Assembly (NCBI GenBank): GCA_965220875.1
Contig: OZ244849.1
Location: 777,791-841,790 of the forward strand
Origin: Gammaproteobacteria bacterium
GTDB taxonomy: Bacteria; Pseudomonadota; Gammaproteobacteria; UBA4575
Direction of reading: 5' to 3'
Length of the DNA stretch: 64,000 nucleotides
In this document: piece by piece, positions 18,612 through 27,996 of the stretch
How positions within the stretch are numbered: the stretch's first letter is position 1
Layout of the letters: every line of letters begins with the position of its first letter
The notes under the pieces: generated by a model
Seen by the model: the letters and a program-made list of their open reading frames with translations, nothing else
What the model was told of the DNA's origin: nothing
Databases searched by the model: none
Program-made: the position numbers and the translations under genes

Positions 18612-20684
18612 ATGTTTCCGCCTGTCACCGTCCTGAAGGGAATTGGCTCCAAGATCATGGAGCACCTGCAGCGCTTGCAGATCCACACCGTGCAGGACCT
18701 GCTGTTCCACCTTCCGATCCGGTATCAGGACCGCACGCAGGTTCGGGCCATCGGGACCCTGAAACCTGGTGATGAATGTGTTTTGATCGGTACGGTTGAG
18801 CACAGTGAAACCGTCTACCGGAAAAGACGCATGCTGCTGGCCAGTGTGAGCGACGGTACAGGCAGGATCCTGCTGCGTTTCTTCTATTTCAGCCGGGCAC
18901 AGTCCGATAACCTTGTTTCAGGCGTGAGTATCCGCTGTTTTGGCGAGGTCAGGCGTGGGGTCAAAGGCCTGGAGATGGTGCATCCGGAGTACGAAGTCCA
19001 ACCCGAGCGAACGGTAATCAAGCTGGAGGACCATCTGACCCCGATCTATCCGACAACGGAAGGTCTGCACCAGATTGTCTTGCGTCGCCTGACCACGCAG
19101 GCACTGAAATGGCTCGATGGTGAAAAGTTACCTGAACTGGACTTGCTGCCTGTGCCGCCTGATATAGACGGGCGGCAGGTTTCGATCATCGAGGCGCTGA
19201 AGTTTGTGCACCGCCCACCGCCTGAAGCCAACACCCGGGCTCTGGCGGACGGGATACACTTGATGCAGCGAAGGCTGGCCTTTGAGGAATTGCTTGCGCA
19301 ACGGCTGAGCCTGTTCAAGCTGAGGCTGAAGATCCAGAAGCAGCCTGCAGTTTCCATCACCCATCAAGGCAGCCTGTTTGCAGGCTTGGTGGAAAGACTG
19401 GAATTCGAGCTCACGAAGGCTCAGCAGCGAGTGATTGAAGCTGTCTTTGCTGACCTGCAGAACCCGTACCCGATGTTACGCCTGGTACAGGGTGATGTGG
19501 GCAGTGGCAAGACGCTGATTGCCATTGCAGCCTGCCTGCAGGTGATCGAGGCCGGATACCAGGCCGTGGTCATGGCCCCCACGGAAATACTGGCCGAGCA
19601 GCATGTGCAGGTATTTTCAAACTGGCTCAACCCGCTGGGTGTGCAGCTCGCGTGGCTGTCAGGCAGCATGAAGGCGGCCAGGAGCAGTGAAATGAAAGAC
19701 CGGATTGCCAATGGCCAGGCTCAGGCCGTTGTGGGGACCCATGCCCTGTTTCAGCAAGGCGTGACTTTCAGGGATCTGGCGCTGGTAGTCGTTGACGAGC
19801 AGCACCGCTTCGGTGTCCACCAGCGTCTGGCCTTGCGTGAAAAAGGCATACAGGGTGCCTTGCATCCGCATCAGCTGATTATGACCGCCACTCCGATCCC
19901 GCGAACCCTGGCCATGACGGCTTATGCCGACCTGGACTACTCTGTAATCGATGAACTGCCTCCGGGACGCAGGCCGGTCGGCACGATTGCAGTCCCGCGG
20001 GAAAGGCGACATGAAGTGGTTGCGCGGGTAGCCAGCGCCTGCCGGAGAGGACAGCAGGCTTACTGGGTCTGTACGCTGGTCGAAGAGTCGGAAGCCATGC
20101 AGTGCAAGGCGGCCGAGGATGTATACAGGGAACTCGGCGGCATGCTGCAGGACGTCAGGGTCGGGCTTGTACACGGACGCATGAAGGGCAAGGAAAAGAA
20201 TGCCGTGATGCAGGGTTTTGCGAATCGGGAAACTGACCTGCTGGTGGCAACTACGGTGATTGAAGTCGGAGTGGACGTGCCCAATGCCAGCCTGATGATT
20301 ATAGAGAATGCTGAACGTCTGGGTCTTGCACAGCTGCACCAGTTACGAGGACGCGTTGGAAGGGGCGGACAGGACAGCAGTTGCGTGCTGCTTTTCAGCC
20401 CTCCGCTGACGGAAAATGCCAAGCTGCGCATCGATACCATGCGCGGCACCACCAACGGATTCGAGATTGCCAAGGTCGATCTGGAAATCAGGGGGCCGGG
20501 AGAGGTGCTGGGTACCCGCCAAACGGGCATGCTGCAATTGCGGATTGCCAATATCCTGCGTGACCAGGACCTCATTCCTGATGTTCAGGAGTGCGCGAAG
20601 CGGCTGTTTGCCGAGCACCCCGAAAGGGTGGATGCCCTGATTGACAGGTGGCTCGGCAAGTCGATGGAGTTCGGGCAGGTATAG
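18612..20684 (+). CDS. recG: ATP-dependent DNA helicase RecG
   Basis: It has the wedge domain and helicase motifs GDVGSGKT, DEQHRFGV, and the TRGR region (LHQLRGRVGRG). ATG 18612 carries an AGAGGGGA RBS. ORF 18579 is the longer alternative. Confidence 0.92.
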   Translation: MFPPVTVLKGIGSKIMEHLQRLQIHTVQDLLFHLPIRYQDRTQVRAIGTLKPGDECVLIGTVEHSETVYRKRRMLLASVSDGTGRILLRFFYFSRAQSDNLVSGVSIRCFGEVRRGVKGLEMVHPEYEVQPERTVIKLEDHLTPIYPTTEGLHQIVLRRLTTQALKWLDGEKLPELDLLPVPPDIDGRQVSIIEALKFVHRPPPEANTRALADGIHLMQRRLAFEELLAQRLSLFKLRLKIQKQPAVSITHQGSLFAGLVERLEFELTKAQQRVIEAVFADLQNPYPMLRLVQGDVGSGKTLIAIAACLQVIEAGYQAVVMAPTEILAEQHVQVFSNWLNPLGVQLAWLSGSMKAARSSEMKDRIANGQAQAVVGTHALFQQGVTFRDLALVVVDEQHRFGVHQRLALREKGIQGALHPHQLIMTATPIPRTLAMTAYADLDYSVIDELPPGRRPVGTIAVPRERRHEVVARVASACRRGQQAYWVCTLVEESEAMQCKAAEDVYRELGGMLQDVRVGLVHGRMKGKEKNAVMQGFANRETDLLVATTVIEVGVDVPNASLMIIENAERLGLAQLHQLRGRVGRGGQDSSCVLLFSPPLTENAKLRIDTMRGTTNGFEIAKVDLEIRGPGEVLGTRQTGMLQLRIANILRDQDLIPDVQECAKRLFAEHPERVDALIDRWLGKSMEFGQV

Positions 20685-20706
20685 CCGCAACGCACCCCGG
20701 TTTGGC

Positions 20707-21051
20707 CTAGATCCCGAATATGCCAATCAGGATGGTAGCCGAGTAAATCCCGCTCAGGCCCAGCAGGGCCAGCAGGGTCAGGATGTCGATCCAGCTTGAT
20801 TTGCGGGTAAACATGACGCCGATGTTGAAAATCAGACCCAGCCCGGCAACCGTGAAGGAGATCCAGAATACCGTGTTGACGCACGAAGTCTGGCAGATGC
20901 GGCCATCGAAGGTTCCGGACAAAAGCTGGGCAACCAGAAAAAACGCCAGTGCCCAGCTGACGAGAGCGCTCAGTACAGAGATCAGTGTGTACGATTTCAC
21001 GGCTGTTGCCAAAGATGCCTTCGATGGATTTTTCCTGCTCCAGTCTGCCAA
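20707..21051 (-). CDS. Hypothetical small membrane protein
   Basis: 114 aa with 3 to 4 predicted TM segments. TTG start with no clear RBS. It is convergent with recG. Confidence 0.3.
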   Translation of the reverse strand: MADWSRKNPSKASLATAVKSYTLISVLSALVSWALAFFLVAQLLSGTFDGRICQTSCVNTVFWISFTVAGLGLIFNIGVMFTRKSSWIDILTLLALLGLSGIYSATILIGIFGI

Positions 21052-21162
21052 TTATGCCATATCAGGAAATCCGATGTCCCATACGGTTCGCAGGCTGTAA
21101 GGCAGGCGATCGATCATCCGCTCAAGGACAAGTCACGGGTTTTCCACCAGTCCGGGCACGAT

Positions 21163-22857
21163 TCAGAAGAGGTAGTAGAAGATCAGGTAGACCCCCAGGA
21201 GAAATGCTACCCACAGGACCATGCTGCCTGTTGGCCAGGTCCGTGCAAGCAGTCCCTTGGGGCCGTGGTGGCGGTGCAGGCGGGCGCCTGCCATGAAGGA
21301 CAGTTTCCTGATCGTGACGAACAGGCCCTTTTCGCCGGATTCAACGGAGTGCAGGGCTTGGCGTGCAAGCCATGCCCCGGGTTTGCGGTAAAGCCAGTCC
21401 GAATCGAGGTTTACGGAATGCAGTTCCGGGGGGTAGATACCTCGTCGAATCAGCCAGGTGAAAGCGAGTGCCGAGAAAAACAGCAGCTGGAGCTGCGTGA
21501 CGACGTGCGTGAGGGTGAACGGCTCGTACCCGGTTTGGTAGGGCAAAAGTGCGTACAGGGTCTGCGGGAAGATGCCGATGCACATGGACAGGGATGCGGC
21601 GAGTGCCATAGCAATCAGCATGCTTGCAGGTGCTTCCCTGCAGCGGATACCGCTGTCATGGGCAAAGAATGCAAAAAACGGGATTTTGATTCCGGCATGG
21701 TGGAACACGCCGGCCGAGGCGAACAGCAGGATCAGCCAGGCAACGGTAAGTCCTTCCTGGGCAGCCGCCTCCATGATCATGGATTTGGTAACAAAAGCGC
21801 TGAACAGGGGAAAGGCAGATATGGAGGCCGCGCCGATGATACAGAATCCGGTGGTATAGGGCATGGATTTGTACAACCCGCCCAGGTCGGAGCCGTTAAT
21901 CTTTCCCGTACGCAGCAATACTGCACCCATACTCATGAACAGCAGTGCCTTGAACAGGATGTCTGCAAATGCGTGGGCGGCAGCACCGTTGAGCGCCAGC
22001 TCGGTACCTATTCCCACACCCACCACCATGAATCCCAACTGGTTGATCATGCTGTAGGTCAGCACCCGGCGCAGGTCATTCTCGATCACTGCATAGAAAA
22101 TCGGGAACGCGGTCATCACCAGCCCGATCCAGATCAGGATTTCCGTGCCGGGAAACGCGGTAGCCAGCGCGTAGACGGCCATCTTGGTGGTGAATGCCGA
22201 CAGCACCACCGTACCTGTCACGGTGGCTTCCGGATAGGCATCCACCAGCCAGTTGTGCAGCAGTGGAAACGCGCACTTGATACCGAAGGCGATGAAAATG
22301 AGCAGACCACCGGCCGTATTCAGGTCCAGCTGGGTGAACTCGATTGAGCCGCCGGAGCCGGTATGAAGGATGATACCGCCCAGCAGCATGAGCCCGGAGA
22401 TAACCTGTATGATCAGGTAGCGCATGCCGGCCCGGTAGGAAGCCGGGGTGCGCCGCGCCCAGATCAGGAATACCGAGGAGATTGCCGCCGCTTCCCAGTA
22501 GATGAACAGGGTTACCAGGTCTCCAGCCAGAACCACTCCGAGGGCGCAGCCGGCATAAACCAGGCTGATGGCCTGCTGCATGGGGTCGCGCAGGTGCAAT
22601 GAGTACACCACGGAAATGAAAGCCGCGATATGAAAGATCACCGCGAACATGAAACTGAGCCTGTCAACATGCAGTGTCGTCAGGGTCATGCCAAGCACTT
22701 CGAGTTCAGCATGGCTGCCAGCCGGCAGTGAGTACAGCTGCAGGAATGACAGGACAGGCAGCAGCAATGCATAGGCAGCACGCCAGTACCCCTTGAACAG
22801 CGGAATCAGCAATGGCCCCATCACCATGATCAGGGCCGGGTTCAGGTCAGCGATCAC
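21163..22857 (-). CDS. Mrp/complex-I antiporter-like subunit (NuoL/MrpA or MrpD class), third copy
   Basis: 564 aa polytopic protein of proton-pumping NADH dehydrogenase chain L/M/N type. Its start overlaps the upstream 84-aa gene by 11 nt. Confidence 0.85.
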   Translation of the reverse strand: MIADLNPALIMVMGPLLIPLFKGYWRAAYALLLPVLSFLQLYSLPAGSHAELEVLGMTLTTLHVDRLSFMFAVIFHIAAFISVVYSLHLRDPMQQAISLVYAGCALGVVLAGDLVTLFIYWEAAAISSVFLIWARRTPASYRAGMRYLIIQVISGLMLLGGIILHTGSGGSIEFTQLDLNTAGGLLIFIAFGIKCAFPLLHNWLVDAYPEATVTGTVVLSAFTTKMAVYALATAFPGTEILIWIGLVMTAFPIFYAVIENDLRRVLTYSMINQLGFMVVGVGIGTELALNGAAAHAFADILFKALLFMSMGAVLLRTGKINGSDLGGLYKSMPYTTGFCIIGAASISAFPLFSAFVTKSMIMEAAAQEGLTVAWLILLFASAGVFHHAGIKIPFFAFFAHDSGIRCREAPASMLIAMALAASLSMCIGIFPQTLYALLPYQTGYEPFTLTHVVTQLQLLFFSALAFTWLIRRGIYPPELHSVNLDSDWLYRKPGAWLARQALHSVESGEKGLFVTIRKLSFMAGARLHRHHGPKGLLARTWPTGSMVLWVAFLLGVYLIFYYLF

Positions 22858-23101
22858 CGTAATACTCCTCGTCCCGTTTCACGATTTTCCGCATCTGCTT
22901 GGCGAGCAGGACCAGGGCCACACATGCAATGAACCCGAACCAGCCGAAAAATCCGAACCAGTTTTCAAACGGGAAATACGTGTGCTTGTGGTAGAAGAAA
23001 TCGAACAGTATCAGTGCGGCACACACCGCATACAGCCCGTACACGAGCCGGTCAATGTTACCGCGGTGGTCCAGCCAGTATCTTTTTTTCGGATTGTTCA
23101 T
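22847..23101 (-). CDS. Small two-TM membrane protein embedded in the Mrp-like operon
   Basis: 84 aa with an ATG start, overlapping the upstream gene by 4 nt and the downstream gene by 11 nt. Aromatic-rich: FPFENWFGFFGWFGFIACVALVLL. Confidence 0.55.
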   Translation of the reverse strand: MNNPKKRYWLDHRGNIDRLVYGLYAVCAALILFDFFYHKHTYFPFENWFGFFGWFGFIACVALVLLAKQMRKIVKRDEEYYGDR

Positions 23102-24567
23102 GGATCGAAAACAGGGTAAAGGAATTCATACAGGGGCTGTATATAGAAAAATAGCAGCAACGTGGCGATAGCGGTAGCGCACAGGGGTACCAGGCAGGCC
23201 AGCGGGGCTTCCCTGATTCCGGGCCCCACTGCAATTACATCGGGGCCGGGCGGCCTGAAGAATGCCCGCAGTGCCACGGGAAGCAAATAGGCACAGTTCA
23301 GCAGGGTGCTCAGTCCAAATGCAGCCAGCACGAAGTAGTGCCCGGTACTGGCACTGCCTTCAACCAGCAGCCACTTGCTCCAGCTGCCGACAAACGGAGG
23401 CAGGCCGATCACGCTGAACGAAGCGAGCAGGAAGGCCATGAATGTGAGCGGCATCTTGCGTCCCAGGCCGTCGAGCTGGCTGACGCGCGTGAACTTTACT
23501 GCGGTGTAGATCGCGCCGGCACAGAAGAACAGCGTGATCTTGCCAAACGCGTGCGTCACCATGTGCAGGGCTCCTCCCAGGGCAGCGACTGGCCAGGCCA
23601 GTGATGCTCCGATTACGATATAAGCGAGCTGGCTGATCGTTGAATAGGCAAGACGTGCCTTGAGGTTGTCCTTACTGAGCGCTACCACCGAAGTCGTGAG
23701 CATGGTGATCAGTGCCAGCCACAGCACCCAGGTTGCGGCATCCTGGGTGGCGATGAAATCAATCCCGAAGATATACACGGTAATTTTCAGCACGGTGAAC
23801 ACCCCGGCCTTGACTACCGCGACAGCATGCAGCAGGGCGCTGACCGGAGTGGGTGCAACCATGGCAGCCGGCAGCCACCGGTGAAACGGCATCAGGGCTG
23901 CCTTGCCGACCCCGAGCATGAACAGGGTGAACAGCAGCGCAGGCGTAATTCCTTCGATTTTCCCTTCCAGGATCCCGCCAGGCGTGAACTCCAGGGTACC
24001 TGTGTGGATCCAGGTAATGACCAGGGCGCTCAGGAAAAACATGATTGACGTGCCGAGCAGCACACCCAGGTAGACGCGCCCCCCGTTCTGAGCTTCCGGG
24101 GTCTGCTTGTGCGTCACCAGGGGATAGGTGCAAAGGGTGAGCGTTTCGTAAAAGATGAACAGCGTGAACAGGTTGGCGGCAAATGCAATGCCCATGGTCG
24201 ATGCGATGGACAGGGCAAAGTACAGGTAGAACCGGGTCTGGTTTTTTTCGGCATTGCCATTCAGATAGCCGATTGAGTACACGGTAGTGATAACCCAGAG
24301 TCCGGATGCCAGCAGGGCAAAGACTAGTCCCAGTGGCTCCAGGTGGAAGGCGATGGTGAGCCCTTCTGAAATTTCGAACAGCGTGCGGGCTCCGGTCCTT
24401 TCCGCATCAGGGTCCAGCAACCGGGTGACGTACAGGAACAGGAGTACCCCGGCAAGGATCGAACTGGTTTCGCGAAGCTTCGGCCGGTTGCGGAATGCCA
24501 GGATGCACAGGCCGCCCAGCATGGGAATCAGGATGGCCAGTTCAAGATGTTCGGCAAGCCAGGACAT
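23098..24567 (-). CDS. mrpD: Mrp antiporter subunit D-like (NuoM/N family), second copy
   Basis: 489 aa of the Proton_antipo_M type. Confidence 0.85.
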   Translation of the reverse strand: MSWLAEHLELAILIPMLGGLCILAFRNRPKLRETSSILAGVLLFLYVTRLLDPDAERTGARTLFEISEGLTIAFHLEPLGLVFALLASGLWVITTVYSIGYLNGNAEKNQTRFYLYFALSIASTMGIAFAANLFTLFIFYETLTLCTYPLVTHKQTPEAQNGGRVYLGVLLGTSIMFFLSALVITWIHTGTLEFTPGGILEGKIEGITPALLFTLFMLGVGKAALMPFHRWLPAAMVAPTPVSALLHAVAVVKAGVFTVLKITVYIFGIDFIATQDAATWVLWLALITMLTTSVVALSKDNLKARLAYSTISQLAYIVIGASLAWPVAALGGALHMVTHAFGKITLFFCAGAIYTAVKFTRVSQLDGLGRKMPLTFMAFLLASFSVIGLPPFVGSWSKWLLVEGSASTGHYFVLAAFGLSTLLNCAYLLPVALRAFFRPPGPDVIAVGPGIREAPLACLVPLCATAIATLLLFFYIQPLYEFLYPVFDP

Positions 24568-24570
24568 GGC

Positions 24571-26049
24571 TTATGGAAAGAATGCCCGCATGGCAGTGTC
24601 TGCAAAGCCTGCACTGAACGAAGTGTCCAGGCCAAGATAGATATTGCCTGCCACGAGTAACCAGAGAGGAACCAGCATCGTGAGGGGCGCTTCCCGTGTG
24701 GCAGGGATGTCCCGGGCGGGACTTGGCGAGGGCCTGAAATAGGCGTGTTCGACGATTTTCCAGACATACAGGATGGCCAGCAGGGACCCGCCGAGTATCA
24801 CTATGGCACTCAGCCACCCGTCCTGTTCGATGGCTGCAGACAGGATGTACCACTTGCTGATGAAGCCGGCAGTAAGCGGGACACCGATCAGTCCCAGGCC
24901 CAGCAGCAGGATCGCACTCATGGTCCAGGGCATGCGTCTTCCCAGTCCGTTGAAGTCTTCCAGCTGTACCGACTGGATTCTGAACACAACGCATGCGATG
25001 GCGAGAAACAGGCCGCCCTTGATCAATGCGTGATTCAGCAGGTACACCAGGCTGGCAATGCTGCCGGCCTGGGTGCCCAGACCGATTCCCAGGGTCATGT
25101 ACCCGATCTGGGCTACGCTGGAGTAGGCCAGCATGCGCTTGATGTTGTCCTGAAATATGGCGATAAAGGAAGCCGTAAGGATAGCGACAATGGAGAGTGG
25201 CAACAGGATTTTTCCGAGATAGAAGTATTCGAATGAAACCTCGGGGGAGAACAGGCCAAAAAAGAATCGGAATAGCACGTACAGTGAAACCTTGGTTGCA
25301 GTGGCCGACAGGAAGACGGTCATCATCGAGGGCGCATAGGCATAGGCGTTCGGAAGCCACAGGTGCAGGGGAAAAAGGGCGATTTTCAGTGAAACCCCTG
25401 CGGTCAGGAAAGCGAAAGCTGCATGCAGGGTTCTGGAACCGGTTACGGCAGGTATCCTTTGCTGCAGGTCCATGATGTTCAGGGTGCCTGTGAGCATGTA
25501 GAGCAGCCCGACGCCAATCAGTATGAACGTGGCACCAATTGTTCCCATGATCAGATACTGGTATGAGGCGGTCAGGGCCCTGCGGTTCCTGCCCATTGCA
25601 ATCAGTGCATAGGATGACAGGGAACTGATTTCCAGGAACACGAAGATATTGAACGCGTCTCCCGTGGCGACGATACCCAGCAGGCCGGTAAGGCACAGCA
25701 GGTAGGCGGAATAAAACAGACCGGATTTCCGTTCGGCGACTTCCTGCTCGATGCTTTTGCGCGCAGCGATCATGGTGATGCTGGCGGTCGCTGCGACGAT
25801 GATCAGTATGTAAGCGCTGAGATGGTCAATCCGGTATTCGATGCCCAGCGGCGGCACCCACCCCCCCAGGTGGTAGGAAAGCACCCCCTTGGAGGAAACC
25901 TCGCGTGCCAGCAGCACGGCCATGGCAAAGGCTGCAATGCTGACCGCCGTCGCGATCCGCCATGCCCATGCGGCACGCGTGACCAGCATGCAAACGGGTG
26001 CACTGATAAGCGGCACGATGACTTGTAACGCGGGAAGGTGATCCAGCAC
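24571..26049 (-). CDS. mrpD: Mrp antiporter subunit D-like (NuoN family), first copy
   Basis: 492 aa. GTG start overlapping the mrpC stop by 1 nt. Confidence 0.85.
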   Translation of the reverse strand: MLDHLPALQVIVPLISAPVCMLVTRAAWAWRIATAVSIAAFAMAVLLAREVSSKGVLSYHLGGWVPPLGIEYRIDHLSAYILIIVAATASITMIAARKSIEQEVAERKSGLFYSAYLLCLTGLLGIVATGDAFNIFVFLEISSLSSYALIAMGRNRRALTASYQYLIMGTIGATFILIGVGLLYMLTGTLNIMDLQQRIPAVTGSRTLHAAFAFLTAGVSLKIALFPLHLWLPNAYAYAPSMMTVFLSATATKVSLYVLFRFFFGLFSPEVSFEYFYLGKILLPLSIVAILTASFIAIFQDNIKRMLAYSSVAQIGYMTLGIGLGTQAGSIASLVYLLNHALIKGGLFLAIACVVFRIQSVQLEDFNGLGRRMPWTMSAILLLGLGLIGVPLTAGFISKWYILSAAIEQDGWLSAIVILGGSLLAILYVWKIVEHAYFRPSPSPARDIPATREAPLTMLVPLWLLVAGNIYLGLDTSFSAGFADTAMRAFFP

Positions 26050-26408
26050 TAGGCTTCATCCTGGGTTTCATCCTGCTCGTGAATCAGGGTTTCGTCCACG
26101 GTACCGTAAGCCCGGTGAATCCTGGAAATGAGCGCAAGACCCAGTGCGGAAGTCGAAACGCCTACCACGATTGCAGTAAGGATCAGCACATGAGGCAGGG
26201 GATTGGAGTACAGGCTGGCCTCTTCGGTCAATATGGGAGCTGTCCCGCCCTTTACCTTGCTCATGGAAATGAACAACACGAAGACTGAAGTCTGGAAGAC
26301 ATTCAGCCCGATGATCTTCTTGATCAGGTTGGAATCGGAGATCACGATGTAAAAACCCATCATCATCAGGACTATGACAACCCAGTAATTGAAATGGCCC
26401 GCGATCAC
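26049..26408 (-). CDS. mrpC: Mrp antiporter subunit C (NuoK-like)
   Basis: 119 aa, 3 TM, NuoK/MnhC-like, with an acidic C-terminal tail. Confidence 0.85.
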   Translation of the reverse strand: MIAGHFNYWVVIVLMMMGFYIVISDSNLIKKIIGLNVFQTSVFVLFISMSKVKGGTAPILTEEASLYSNPLPHVLILTAIVVGVSTSALGLALISRIHRAYGTVDETLIHEQDETQDEA

Positions 26409-26411
26409 AGG

Positions 26412-26837
26412 TTACTCGCAGAACTCGTCAAGCAAATAAAAAATCGTAATCATGACCGCGGCAACCGTTATACCGACACCCAGTTCAATGAGGAAGATAC
26501 CCAGATGCTGGGCGTGCTTGGGGTCATGCAGCAGCACGTCGTAGTCCAGGAAGTTTCCTCCCAGCAGGATCGTTCCCACACCGACACCCGCATACAGCAA
26601 GACGCCTGCTGCGATGAATATCTGCACGGTGGTCAAGGGAAGGATGCGCTGGGCAGTCTCCCTGCCGAATACCAGCGCGTACAGGATCACGCCAGCTGCG
26701 AATATGACTCCTGCCTGGAATCCGCCACCCGGGCCGTATTCTCCGTGAAACTGTACATAAAGGGCAAACAGCAACACTGCGGGAATGATGATCTTGCACA
26801 CCTCACGTAAAATCACGACGGCACGGGTATCCATCAT
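26412..26837 (-). CDS. mrpB: Mrp antiporter subunit B (MnhB)
   Basis: 141 aa with the GGGFQAG motif typical of MnhB. Its start overlaps the upstream gene as ATGA. Confidence 0.85.
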   Translation of the reverse strand: MMDTRAVVILREVCKIIIPAVLLFALYVQFHGEYGPGGGFQAGVIFAAGVILYALVFGRETAQRILPLTTVQIFIAAGVLLYAGVGVGTILLGGNFLDYDVLLHDPKHAQHLGIFLIELGVGITVAAVMITIFYLLDEFCE

Positions 26838-27376
26838 TTGTTCCGTTTTCCGACGGTCTTGTCCAGCAGCAGCAGGACACCGATCGCAGCCGTGAAGATC
26901 ACGATGACCTCGCCCAGCGTGTCGTATCCCCGGTAGCTGGCCAGGACCGAGGTGACAACATTGGGGATGCCTATCTCATTTGCGCTTTCTGTCAGGTAGT
27001 GCGGTGCGACATGGGTGTGAATCGGGGCCTTGGGGTCACCAAATGGGGGCATGTCCAGCGTGCCGTAAATCAGGGCCGCACCCGTAATGAGGATGACCAC
27101 CAGGGGCAGAAACTTTCCATGCCGGCTGACCGTCTGTTCCATGCCCGTTACGGCAATGGTTCCAAGCAGCAGAACGGTGGTAATGCCTGCACCGACTGCC
27201 GCCTCGGTGAATGCCACATCAACCGCGTCCATGGTCACGAACAGCCCGGCCGACAGCAGGCTGTAGATACCGCTGGTCAGGGCCACGCCCAGCAGGCTTT
27301 TCAGGCGGATCAGCACCACGACGACCAGCATCATCAGTGTCAGCAGGGAGAAATTGACGAGGATTGCAATATCCAT
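26834..27376 (-). CDS. DUF4040-type MrpA-C-terminal/MnhB-like subunit (MbhD/E-like)
   Basis: 180 aa, 5 to 6 TM, located between mrpG and mrpB, the position held by MbhD/E in archaeal Mbh modules. Confidence 0.75.
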   Translation of the reverse strand: MDIAILVNFSLLTLMMLVVVVLIRLKSLLGVALTSGIYSLLSAGLFVTMDAVDVAFTEAAVGAGITTVLLLGTIAVTGMEQTVSRHGKFLPLVVILITGAALIYGTLDMPPFGDPKAPIHTHVAPHYLTESANEIGIPNVVTSVLASYRGYDTLGEVIVIFTAAIGVLLLLDKTVGKRNK

Positions 27377-27388
27377 GGGCTTGTTTGG

Positions 27389-27697
27389 TCAGGACAGCTG
27401 GCTTGCCGAATCCGGTTCGGAGTCTTTTTCTTTGAGCGAGGCGGTATGGGCCAGGGCATGCACGGCAGTCGGGCCGGTCAGCATCATGAACAGCAGGATC
27501 AGGATCAGCTTGGCAATCACCAGGATGTCCTGTGTCTGCACCAGCAGGCCCAGCAAGACCAGTATCGTGCCCATGCTGTCTATGATCGAGGCGGCATGCA
27601 CTCGGGAGTAAAAGTCTGGCAGACGCATGAGTCCCAGTGTACCGATCAGGCAGAATGCACTGCCCAGCAACAGCATGACCCAGCTTATTACGATCAT
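27389..27697 (-). CDS. mrpG: Mrp antiporter subunit G
   Basis: 102 aa, 3 TM, MnhG/PhaG-like. Confidence 0.8.
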   Translation of the reverse strand: MIVISWVMLLLGSAFCLIGTLGLMRLPDFYSRVHAASIIDSMGTILVLLGLLVQTQDILVIAKLILILLFMMLTGPTAVHALAHTASLKEKDSEPDSASQLS

Positions 27698-27711
27698 GTC
27701 CTCGATTCCGC

Positions 27712-27981
27712 TTACCTGTCCGCGGCCTTGCCCAGGCGCTTGTACCGGAATAGCTTCAGTACTGCGATCGTGGAGATAAAGTTGGTCAACGCGTACAACA
27801 GGGCGATGTCCAGGAAATCAGGGCGGTCGACCAGAAAGCCGAACAGGGCAATCAGCAATACGATTGCCGTTCCGAAGGTGTTCACCGCCAGGATGCGGTC
27901 GAACACGGTAGGTCCCAGAGCCACCCGGATCAGCAGGAAAAACATGACGATCAGGATGGCGATGAATGTGACAGTGAACAT
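27712..27981 (-). CDS. mrpF: Mrp antiporter subunit F
   Basis: 89 aa, 3 TM, MrpF/PhaF-like. Confidence 0.8.
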   Translation of the reverse strand: MFTVTFIAILIVMFFLLIRVALGPTVFDRILAVNTFGTAIVLLIALFGFLVDRPDFLDIALLYALTNFISTIAVLKLFRYKRLGKAADR

Positions 27982-27996
27982 GGCGGTTGCGACCGG

